Of a stretch of 64,000 nucleotides of DNA, positions 1 to 9,680 are shown one piece after another. The position numbers and the translations under genes were made by a program. The stretch's first letter is position 1. Every line of letters begins with the position of its first letter. The DNA lies in contig CAVZVA010000009.1 in the NCBI GenBank assembly GCA_963778655.1, positions 1,440,001-1,504,000 on the forward strand. Reading direction: 5' to 3'. A model generated the notes under the pieces. It was not told the DNA's origin, searched no databases, and saw only the letters and a list, made by a program, of their open reading frames with translations. Source of the DNA: an uncultured delta proteobacterium (GTDB lineage Bacteria; Myxococcota_A; Polyangia; Polyangiales; JAFGIB01).

Positions 1-150
1 CGACTTCGGGGCCCTCGCGGGCGTATGGCACGCGCGCTCCCCGCTCGACCTAGGATGTACTACGTACGCCTTCGGGCTCCCGCCCGCACCCTGCATCCCG
101 CCATGACCCCGACTTCGCACACCGTTTCAATATGTTCGGTGCTCTAGTTT

Positions 151-1557
151 CTAGTGCGCCCGTGAGGGATCTGCGGTGGAGACCGATTCGGGCTCGGGGC
201 GCGGGGCTTCGACCGCGGGGGGCGGCATGGAGGAGCTGCGGGGGACGCCCAGGAAGCGCTCGCGCAGGTAGAGGAAGAGCGTCTGGATGATGCTGAGCAC
301 CGGCACCGCCAGCAGCGCGCCGACGATGCCGGCCGCGTGCTCGCCGGCCAGCAGCGCGAACACCACCAGCACCGGGTGCACGCGCGCCGAGTCGCCCATG
401 ATCTTGGGATTGAGCACGTGCGCCTCGAGCTGGTGAATGCCGACGATCCAGGCCAGCACCAGCAGCGCCAGCCCGAAGTCCTGGGTCAGCGCCACCAGCA
501 CCGCGGGAATGCTGCTCAGGATCGAGCCGAAGATCGGAATGATGCTCATTACGGCGGCGAGCAGGGTCAGAAACGTCCAGTACTTGATGCCGAGCAGGTA
601 GAAACCGATTCCCGACAGCACGCCGTTGATCGCGCAGATGATCAACTGCCCGCGCACGACGCCCGAGAGCCCGCGGTCGATGCGGCGCACTAGCTCGTCG
701 AAATCCACGCGGCGCTCGGGCGGATATAACGAGCGCGCGAATACGAAGACGCGGTCGCTGGTGATGAGCAGATAGGCCGAGATCACGATCGTGAGCAGCA
801 GCCCGAAGATGCCACGAACCAGCTTGGTGATGAGCTGCTGAGCGGCCTGCAGCAGCGCGAGCGCGGTCTGCTCGGTGTTGTCCATGGTGCGGGCCACCGC
901 GGAGGTGATCGCCGCCGCCAGGTCGCCCTGGGTCTTGCCGCGCCGGCCCCCGGCCTCGATGCGGTAGGCGCGGTTGCTCTCCGGCACCACGCGCAGGCCG
1001 CCCTGCGGCAGCAGCACCTGGTAGCCTCCGCCGGGGCGCGGGCGCACCTCGATCGCGCCCGGCTCGGGCAGCCTCACCGGCGGCTTGACCGGTGCCACCG
1101 CGCGGCTCTCGGCCTCACCGCTCGGCTGCGCCAGGTAGGGCGCGCGGGCCTCGCGCAGGCGGCGGTCGATTTCCGGCAGCCACTGCTTGCGGAAGGTCGC
1201 GACCGCGCGCGGCGCGTCCCGGCTGAGCCTGCCCAGCTCGGCGGCGAGCCGCGGGCCGGAGAGCGAGACCAGCGCCACCAACATGCCGATCAGGGTTGCA
1301 TACAGCACCAGCACGACGGACCAGCGGGGCGGCTTGATACGCCCGAGCGCGTGCTGAGCGAGACCCACCACGGGCGACAGCACGTAAGCCAGCACCAGGC
1401 CGAGCAGAAACGGCAGCAGAACCTCGCGGAACGCCACCACCACCGCCAGCAGCAGCAGCCCGCACACACCCAGAAACCAACCCCTGCGCCGCTTGGAGCC
1501 GGGGCCCGAAGGCGGCAGGACCAGCACGTCCCCTTCACCTTCACCCGGCTGGCTCAT
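151..1557 (-). CDS. AI-2E family transporter (PerM-like permease) with large soluble insertion
   Basis: N-terminal TM helices (PFLLGLVLAYVLSPVV) and C-terminal AI-2E signature (GQLIIC...IPIFGS...QLEAHVLNPKIMG..VHPVLVVFALLAG...GALLAVP). Confidence 0.88.
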   Translation of the reverse strand: MSQPGEGEGDVLVLPPSGPGSKRRRGWFLGVCGLLLLAVVVAFREVLLPFLLGLVLAYVLSPVVGLAQHALGRIKPPRWSVVLVLYATLIGMLVALVSLSGPRLAAELGRLSRDAPRAVATFRKQWLPEIDRRLREARAPYLAQPSGEAESRAVAPVKPPVRLPEPGAIEVRPRPGGGYQVLLPQGGLRVVPESNRAYRIEAGGRRGKTQGDLAAAITSAVARTMDNTEQTALALLQAAQQLITKLVRGIFGLLLTIVISAYLLITSDRVFVFARSLYPPERRVDFDELVRRIDRGLSGVVRGQLIICAINGVLSGIGFYLLGIKYWTFLTLLAAVMSIIPIFGSILSSIPAVLVALTQDFGLALLVLAWIVGIHQLEAHVLNPKIMGDSARVHPVLVVFALLAGEHAAGIVGALLAVPVLSIIQTLFLYLRERFLGVPRSSSMPPPAVEAPRPEPESVSTADPSRAH

Positions 1558-1665
1558 CGGGCAGGCTCCATCTGCTCACCATAGCGCAGCGCCGGGCGCG
1601 CGCCCAACCCGGGCGGCTGCGAGCCGTGACTCCCGCGGGTGGGCGCAAGCGCGCGGCTGCGCGGC

Positions 1666-3426
<1,761 letters not shown>

Positions 3427-3610
3427 ACTTGCGGGGAACCCCTTTCCTCAGAGCCCATCTGGCCTTGCTCGAAGCCGGCGCCAAACGCCGATAGGCTTGT
3501 TCAGAATCAATCAAACCGCGGGAAAGACGCACCCGCGCGCGGTCGGCAAGGCACGCGGCAAGGCCGCGGAATCTTTGGGCGGGGTAGGCTAACCGCGAGG
3601 TCTGGGGCTG

Positions 3611-4291
3611 TCAACCAGACCTGTCCTTGACCACGTCCAGCAGCCGGGCCAGGGCCTGGTCGATGTCGAGGTCGGTGGTGTCGAGCACCACGCTGTCGGG
3701 CGCCGGGCGCAGTGGGGCGACCGGCCGATTCTGGTCCTGCTCGTCCCGCGCCCGCACCTCGCGCAGAGTGGTCTCGGGGTCGGCCGGCAGGCCGCGCGCC
3801 CGCAGTTCGTCGGCGCGGCGCGCCGCGCGTGTCTGCGCGGTCGCGGTCAAGAAGACTTTGACCTCCGCGTCCGGAAACACCACCGTCCCGATGTCGCGGC
3901 CTTCCAGCACGACCCCGCCCTGCCGTCCCAGCTCACGCTGGATGCCGAGCAGCGCGGCCCGCACCTCCGCGTGCTTCGAAACATCGCTTGCACCCATGGA
4001 GATTTCCGGGGTGCGGATGTCGCCGCTGCGGTCGCGGCCGTCGATCAGCAGGTGCTGGCCGCCTTCGTCACCCGCGCGAAACGCCAGGCGCAAGCCGCGC
4101 GCCAGCGCGCCCAGCGCGGGCCCCTGCTCGAACGAGAGCCCGGCTTCGCGCGCGGCCAGCGCCACGCCCCGGTACAGCGCGCCGGTGTCGACCAGCACGT
4201 AGCCCAGGCGCTGCGCCAGCATGCGCGCGAGCGTGCTCTTGCCCGCGCCGGCCGGGCCGTCGATCGCGACCACTGGACGCGCCCGCGTCAT
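3611..4291 (-). CDS. cmk: cytidylate kinase
   Basis: AIDGPAGAGKST P-loop, DTGALYR, EGRDIGTVVFPDA; aroA-cmk-rpsA synteny. Confidence 0.97.
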   Translation of the reverse strand: MTRARPVVAIDGPAGAGKSTLARMLAQRLGYVLVDTGALYRGVALAAREAGLSFEQGPALGALARGLRLAFRAGDEGGQHLLIDGRDRSGDIRTPEISMGASDVSKHAEVRAALLGIQRELGRQGGVVLEGRDIGTVVFPDAEVKVFLTATAQTRAARRADELRARGLPADPETTLREVRARDEQDQNRPVAPLRPAPDSVVLDTTDLDIDQALARLLDVVKDRSG

Positions 4292-5650
4292 GCTTGGCCC
4301 CCGCTTGGGGCCGGCGCTTCACGTTCGATGCCGGCGCCGAGCCGCTGCAGCAGGTCCAGCAGACCGGGGTAGTCGTCGTCGATGCAAGCGGCATGGTCCA
4401 CCACGGTCTCTCCCGGCGCTGCGAGCCCGAATAGCACGGCGCAGGCCGCCAGACGACGGTCCTCGCGGGCGTCGACCCGCGCCGGTAGCAGGCGCGGCGC
4501 CGGGCTCACGTGCAGCACGCCGTCTTCCAGCGCACAGCCGGCGCCGAACGCGCGCACCAGGCTGGCCAGAGCCCGCAGCAGGCTCGGTTCCGCCAGCGCG
4601 GGGCAGCCGGTGGGGTCGAGCTGCAGCCCGCGGGCGGAGCGCGCGCCGAGCAGGCACAACGCCGGCGCTTCGTCGCCGCAGCGCAGCAGCAGCTCGCCAG
4701 CCATCGCGCCGCCGCGCAGCGGGCTCGCGTGCGCCCGCAGCTCCGCCACCGGCTCGTGCCCGGCGCGGTCGCCCTTGGCGGTCCACGCGCAACGGCCGCC
4801 GAGCAGGCGCAGCGCGTCGAAGCAGCCCGTGCGCGAGGGGTTGACGCCCACATCGGGCAGCATGACGCGGCTGCCTTCCAGCACGGCGGCGGCGAGGGCC
4901 AAGAGCGCGGCCACGCTGGTGCTGCCCGGAAGCGAGAACGGCTGGGGCAGGCGCAGCTGGCCGTCCCACTGCTGCGGGTCGAATCCCGCCATCGGGCCGA
5001 GCCGGCGCAGCGGCACGCCGCACGCGGCCAGCATGCGCTCGCTGTGGTCGGCGGAGAGCAGCGGCTCGGACACGGCGGTCGAGCCTGCGGCGAACAGTCC
5101 CGACAGCAGTAGCGCGCCCTTGGCGTCGGCGTCGGGTCCGGGCAGCGCGCACTCGATGCCGAGCAGCTGCTCCTCTGGCAGCAGGGGCGCGATCGAGAAT
5201 CGGCGCCCGCAGCGGCTCGCCCTCGGCGCCGCGGGCTGCGATCTGTGCGCCGCGCGCGCGCAGCGCGCCCACCAGGTGCTCGAGCGCGGGCGAGGCCGCT
5301 GCCGGCTCGAGCGTCAGGCGCGTGCCAAAGCGCTGCCCGCACAGCACGCCGGCGAGCAGCGCCAGCGTGGTGCCCGAGCGCCCACAGGCAAGCGGGGCGG
5401 AGGGCATGCGCAACCCGTGCAGCCCCACGCCCTCGATGCGCGTGGCCGCGGCAGCGACTTCGGCGCGCACGCCCAGCGCGCGCAGGGCTGCCAGCGCCGC
5501 ACCCAGCGGCGCACCGGCGAGCGGTGCCTGCAACGTGGTCGAGCGCTCGGACAGCGCGGCGAGCACGAGCGCGCGCAGCGCCACCTGCGGGTCGGGCGGA
5601 GGCTCGACCACGCCGTGCAGCGGGCGCCCGCCCTGGATTCGCACGCGCAT
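4288..5650 (-). CDS. aroA: EPSP synthase (AroA)-like protein, catalytically degenerate; one apparent +1 frameshift at about 5198
   Basis: AroA-type motifs are split over two frames (GRSGTT, DHSERML, GVNPSRTG, GHEPVAEL, DEAP). Deleting one base in GAGAATC 5195-5201 gives a 453-aa ORF whose TGA overlaps the cmk ATG. Confidence 0.75.
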
Positions 5651-5653
5651 GGG

Positions 5654-7318
5654 CTAGTTGACGGGGAGGGCACGCGCCCTCCCCGCCCCGTCGGCAAAGC
5701 CGCCGGGGCCCCACCCCTGCGCGGGGTTCGCTGCGCTCACGGGATGCTGTGTCAGCTCATCATGGAGGGCACGCGCCCTCCCCGCCCCGTCGGCAAAGCC
5801 GCCGGGGCCCCACCCCTGCGCGGGGTTCGCTGCGCTCACGGGATGCTGTGTCAGCTCATCATGGAGGGCACGCGCCCTCCCCGCCCCGTCGGCAAAGCCG
5901 CCGGGGCCCCACCCCTGCGCGGGGTTCGCTGCGCTCACGGGATGCTGTGTCAGCTCATCATGGAGGGCACGCGCCCTCCCCGCCCCGTCGGCAAAGCCGC
6001 CGGGGCCCCACCCCTGCGCGGGGTTCGCTGCGCTCACGGGATGCTGTGTCAGCTCATCATGGAGGGCACGCGCCCTCCCCGCCCCGTCGGCAAAGCCGCC
6101 GGGGCCCCACCCCTGCGCGGGGTTCGCTGCGCTCACGGGATGCTGTGTCAGCTCATCATGGAGGGCACGCGCCCTCCCCGCCCCGTCGGCAAAGCCGCCG
6201 GGGCCCCACCCCTGCGCGGGGTTCGCTCGGGCATCGGCGCGTGGGCCGGCGGGTTGGCATTGGGCGGGCTTGCCCTGTAGCAGCATGCCCACGCGCTCGC
6301 GCAGGCTCTTGACGTCGTCCGCGGACAGCGCGAGCGAAAGCGTGAGCAGGCTGCCGCTGGTTTGGACCTGCATGCGCTCCAGCCATGGCGGCAGCCCCAT
6401 CAGGCGCATCACCAGGCCGGCCTGCCCCGAAAGCGAGCGCACTGCGGCTGCGGTGCGCGCCGCGGTCTCGGCTTGCGGGTAGAGCACGCGCAGCTCCGCG
6501 CGCGCATCCTGCGCCAGCACCAGCGCGAGCGCGGCCGAGCCGTTGGCCAGGCCGCTGCCGAGCTCGGCGCCGCCCACGCTCGCGAGCTCGTCGCCGATGC
6601 GGCGCGCGCTGCGGTCGTCGAGCTGCGCGACCGCCGCCAGCGTGTGATCGAAGAGCCACCGGGTGGTGTCCAGGCCGCGCATCAGCGGGTCGCTGCCGGC
6701 CCAGCTCGGGCGCGCGCCGTCGGCCACCTCGAGCACGGCGCCGAGCAGCGGCCCGGTGCCGAGCGCGATCAGGTGCGGGCCCAGCTGCGCGGCCGCCAGC
6801 GGGCCGGCGTCGAGCAGCTCGAAGCGGCCGCGCTGCTCCGCCGACACCTGCGTGCAGGCTGCCGCCGACCACACGCACGCCTGGTCGAGCGCGGTGCGCG
6901 CGTCTGCGTCGGCGTAGTCGCCGCGCAGCAACAACAGCCCGCGCGCCGGCGCGCCCTTGCGCTCGCCGGCGAACAGCGCGAACGCCACGCGCTGCGTATG
7001 CTGCAGCAGCGCCTGGGCCGGCCTTCCGCTCACGCAGGCGTAGCGCTCCGCCCACTGCTGCAGCGTGGCGAAGTCCGGCGAGCTGCGCATCTGGTCGAGA
7101 TCGGCCCGGCCCAGCACGCGCGCGCCCGCGGGCAGCAGCTGCAGCGGCTCGTCGGGCAGCGGCGGCGGAGATGGCGGTACGGGCGCCGCGGCGCTGGGCG
7201 CCCGCGGCCCGGGCGCGGCTTGCTGGGTCGCGCCTCCGCAGGCGACCAGCAGCGCGCAGGCCGCGAGCACGACCCGGCGTGCAGAGCTCGGCAGGCGATC
7301 GAACGAGGGCGCGTGCAC
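5654..7318 (-). CDS. hypothetical lipoprotein whose C-terminus is encoded by a 99-bp tandem repeat (33-aa repeats)
   Basis: Signal peptide and lipobox LVAC, Pro-rich linker; sits in the hisC-aroA operon; stop codon is 4 bp from the aroA start. Confidence 0.7.
   Translation of the reverse strand: MHAPSFDRLPSSARRVVLAACALLVACGGATQQAAPGPRAPSAAAPVPPSPPPLPDEPLQLLPAGARVLGRADLDQMRSSPDFATLQQWAERYACVSGRPAQALLQHTQRVAFALFAGERKGAPARGLLLLRGDYADADARTALDQACVWSAAACTQVSAEQRGRFELLDAGPLAAAQLGPHLIALGTGPLLGAVLEVADGARPSWAGSDPLMRGLDTTRWLFDHTLAAVAQLDDRSARRIGDELASVGGAELGSGLANGSAALALVLAQDARAELRVLYPQAETAARTAAAVRSLSGQAGLVMRLMGLPPWLERMQVQTSGSLLTLSLALSADDVKSLRERVGMLLQGKPAQCQPAGPRADARANPAQGWGPGGFADGAGRARALHDELTQHPVSAANPAQGWGPGGFADGAGRARALHDELTQHPVSAANPAQGWGPGGFADGAGRARALHDELTQHPVSAANPAQGWGPGGFADGAGRARALHDELTQHPVSAANPAQGWGPGGFADGAGRARALHDELTQHPVSAANPAQGWGPGGFADGAGRARALPVN
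5665..6227. repeat. tandem array of identical 99-bp REP-like palindromic units (5 full plus 1 partial)
   Basis: Unit GGAGGGCACGCGCCCTCCCCGCCCCGTCGGCAAAGCCGCCGGGGCCCCACCCCTGCGCGGGGTTCGCT... starts at 5665, 5764, 5863, 5962, 6061 and 6160. Confidence 0.97.
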
Positions 7319-7333
7319 GGCGGGCAGTTGAGC

Positions 7334-8428
7334 TCAGGCCAGCGTCGCGCGCAAGGCCGCGAGCAGGCGGTCGTTTTCCTCCGGCAGGCCGACGCTGATA
7401 CGCAGGTGGCGCGGCAGCGTGGCGATGGGCCGCACGATCACGCCGTGGCCGAGCAGGCGCTGGCATAGCGGAGCGGCCTCGGCCGCGAAGCCGACGCACA
7501 GGAAATTGGCCTGGCTGGGCGCGACCTGCAGGCCGAGCTCGCGCAGCGCCTGGCCGAGCCGCGCGCGCTCGCCCTGGTTCAGCGCCACGCTGCGCGTGAG
7601 GTGCTCGACGTCGTCGAGCGCAGCCAGGGCGCCGGCCTGTGCCGCGCTCGAAAGGTTGAAGGGTATGCCCACGCGCGGCAGGTACGAGAGCAGGGCGGCC
7701 GGTCCGACGGCGTAACCGGCGCGCGCTGCGGCCAGCCCGAATACCTTGGAAAACGTGCGCAGCACGATCAGATTGGGACCAAGGCCGCGCAGCGTGAGCG
7801 CGCTGGCGTAGTCGCCGGCGTCGGCGAAGTGAAAATAGGCCTCGTCGATCACGGGGATCACGTGCGACGGCAGCTCCGACAGCAGGCGCGAGAGCGCTTC
7901 CTGGCCCAGATGGGTGCTGGTGGGATTGTTCGGGTTGTCGAGGAACAGCAGGCGCGTGCGCGGCTGCACCGCCTGCAGCAGGCGCTCGGGGTTCCAGTAC
8001 AGGCCCTGGTCGAGCGGAACCTCGGTGAACGGCACGTCGGCGGCCAGCAGGCTCAGCCGATAACAGACGAAGCTCGGTGTGCCGATCACCGCGTGATCAG
8101 CCGGTCCCGCGAACGCGCGGCAGATCAAGTCGATCAGCTCGTTGCTGCCGTGGCCGAAGGCGAGCTCGGCCGGGTCGACGTCGTGCTGCCGCGCCAGACG
8201 CGCGCGCAGCTCGAAGGCGTTGGTGTCGGGATAGCGGTGCGCCTGCGCGAGCACGGCCTGCATCGCCTGCAGCGCCTTGGGCGAGGGGCCGAGCGGGTTC
8301 TCGTTGCTGGCGAGCTTGACCGCCTCGGCGATGCCGAGCTCGCGTTCGACCTCTTCCACCGGCTTGCCCGGCGTGTAGGGCTCGACGCGCTCGAGGTGCG
8401 GGCGCGCCAGCGGGTGGCGCAGGCGCAT
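7334..8428 (-). CDS. hisC: histidinol-phosphate aminotransferase
   Basis: YTPGKP, KLASNENPLG, GSNELI, NPNNPT, DEAY, LRTFSK (PLP Lys). Confidence 0.95.
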   Translation of the reverse strand: MRLRHPLARPHLERVEPYTPGKPVEEVERELGIAEAVKLASNENPLGPSPKALQAMQAVLAQAHRYPDTNAFELRARLARQHDVDPAELAFGHGSNELIDLICRAFAGPADHAVIGTPSFVCYRLSLLAADVPFTEVPLDQGLYWNPERLLQAVQPRTRLLFLDNPNNPTSTHLGQEALSRLLSELPSHVIPVIDEAYFHFADAGDYASALTLRGLGPNLIVLRTFSKVFGLAAARAGYAVGPAALLSYLPRVGIPFNLSSAAQAGALAALDDVEHLTRSVALNQGERARLGQALRELGLQVAPSQANFLCVGFAAEAAPLCQRLLGHGVIVRPIATLPRHLRISVGLPEENDRLLAALRATLA

Positions 8429-8435
8429 GGCGGGC

Positions 8436-9515
8436 TCAGGACTCCGTGACCGGGTAGCTGCCCAGCACCTTGACGTAGCGGCTCGAGGTCCGCAGCTCCT
8501 CGATCGCGGCCAGAATCGCGCGGTCCGTGATGTGGCCGTCGACCTCGAGCAGGATCAGATAGCGCCAGGCCCAGCCGCGCGCCGGGCGGGTTTCCAGGCG
8601 GTAGATGTTGAGCTTGCGATCCGCGAAGGGCTTGAGGCACTCGGCCAGCACACCGGGGGCGTCGTGCAGCGCGAGCGCGACCGCGGTGCGGTCGCGACCG
8701 CTGCGCGGCGGGAAGTCGTTGCCGACCGCCACGTAGCGCGTCTCGAGATCGCTCAGATCCTCGATCGAGCGCTCCACGTAGCGCAGTCCTGCCTGCTCCG
8801 CGACCAGCTCGGTGGTCAGCGCCGCCGCTTCGGCCTCGGTCTTGGCCTGCTGGGCCGCGACCACGCCGTTGCGCACGTCGATCACCACCGCGTCGGGGAA
8901 GCGCTGGCTGAGGTAGCTCTCGCAGGCGGCGATGGCGCTCGAGGAGGCGTAGATCTTCTTGACCTGCGCGCGCTCGCCGCTGAGCGAGCTCAGATGAAAG
9001 GCGCGGGGGATGCGCACCTCGGCGCAGATCTTGACGTCGCTGCGCGCCAGCAGGTTGAGGGTCGAGGTCACCGTGCCGTCGTGCGAGGTCTCGAACGGCA
9101 ACATGGCGTAGGAGGCGTGTCCGCGCTCGACCGCCGACAGTGCTTCTTCCGCGCTGTCCACCCCGTGCAGCGTGGCGGAGCTGCCGAACTGGCGCAGCGC
9201 TGCCAGGTGACCGAAGCCGCCTTCCTGACCCAGGTAGGCGATCTCCAGCGGCGCGGTGAGGCGGCTGCAAGCCGAGAGGATTTCGGTGACCACCGGTCGC
9301 ACCGCGTCCTTGGGGAACACCCGCACGCGCTCCACCATGCGCGCGATCGTCTCGTGATCGCGCGGCAGGGTGAAGTACGCCTCGGGCGAGCCGGCACGCA
9401 GCGCGGCAAACGCCTGCACCGCTTGTGCGCGCGCGTCCAGCGCCTCGGCCAGCGCGGCGTCGGCCGCCTCGAGCGCGGCCCGGATACGTTCGATCTCGTG
9501 CTTGTCGTCGGTCAT
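8436..9515 (-). CDS. pheA: chorismate mutase/prephenate dehydratase (P-protein)
   Basis: N-terminal CM helices, IAYLGQEGGF, ETSHDGTV, TRY, C-terminal ACT domain (ETRP, VKVLGSYP); several motifs are divergent. Confidence 0.88.
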   Translation of the reverse strand: MTDDKHEIERIRAALEAADAALAEALDARAQAVQAFAALRAGSPEAYFTLPRDHETIARMVERVRVFPKDAVRPVVTEILSACSRLTAPLEIAYLGQEGGFGHLAALRQFGSSATLHGVDSAEEALSAVERGHASYAMLPFETSHDGTVTSTLNLLARSDVKICAEVRIPRAFHLSSLSGERAQVKKIYASSSAIAACESYLSQRFPDAVVIDVRNGVVAAQQAKTEAEAAALTTELVAEQAGLRYVERSIEDLSDLETRYVAVGNDFPPRSGRDRTAVALALHDAPGVLAECLKPFADRKLNIYRLETRPARGWAWRYLILLEVDGHITDRAILAAIEELRTSSRYVKVLGSYPVTES

Positions 9516-9603
9516 GGCGCTGCAATTGATGATGAGCCATTCGTGCCGCCGGAGCAACGCGCGATACGCGCCAAGCCGGCGCGGGCCCGGCCCAAAGCGA
9601 CTT

Positions 9604-9654
9604 ACAGAAAGGCGGGAAGGATCAAAAAAACGTTCATGCTTCCCGCTTTCCTGT
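9604..9654. repeat. intergenic inverted repeat, family B (ACAGGAAGACGGGAAG...CTTCCCGTCTTCCTGT type)
   Basis: ACAGAAAGGCGGGAAG ... CTTCCCGCTTTCCTGT hairpin between mutS and pheA. Confidence 0.7.
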
Positions 9655-9680
9655 GTGCCGGGAGGCGCGAGCGTTGGAGC

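Noticed and set aside
5665..6227. CRISPR array
   Set aside because: Units are identical along their whole 99 bp, with no unique spacers, and no cas genes are present.
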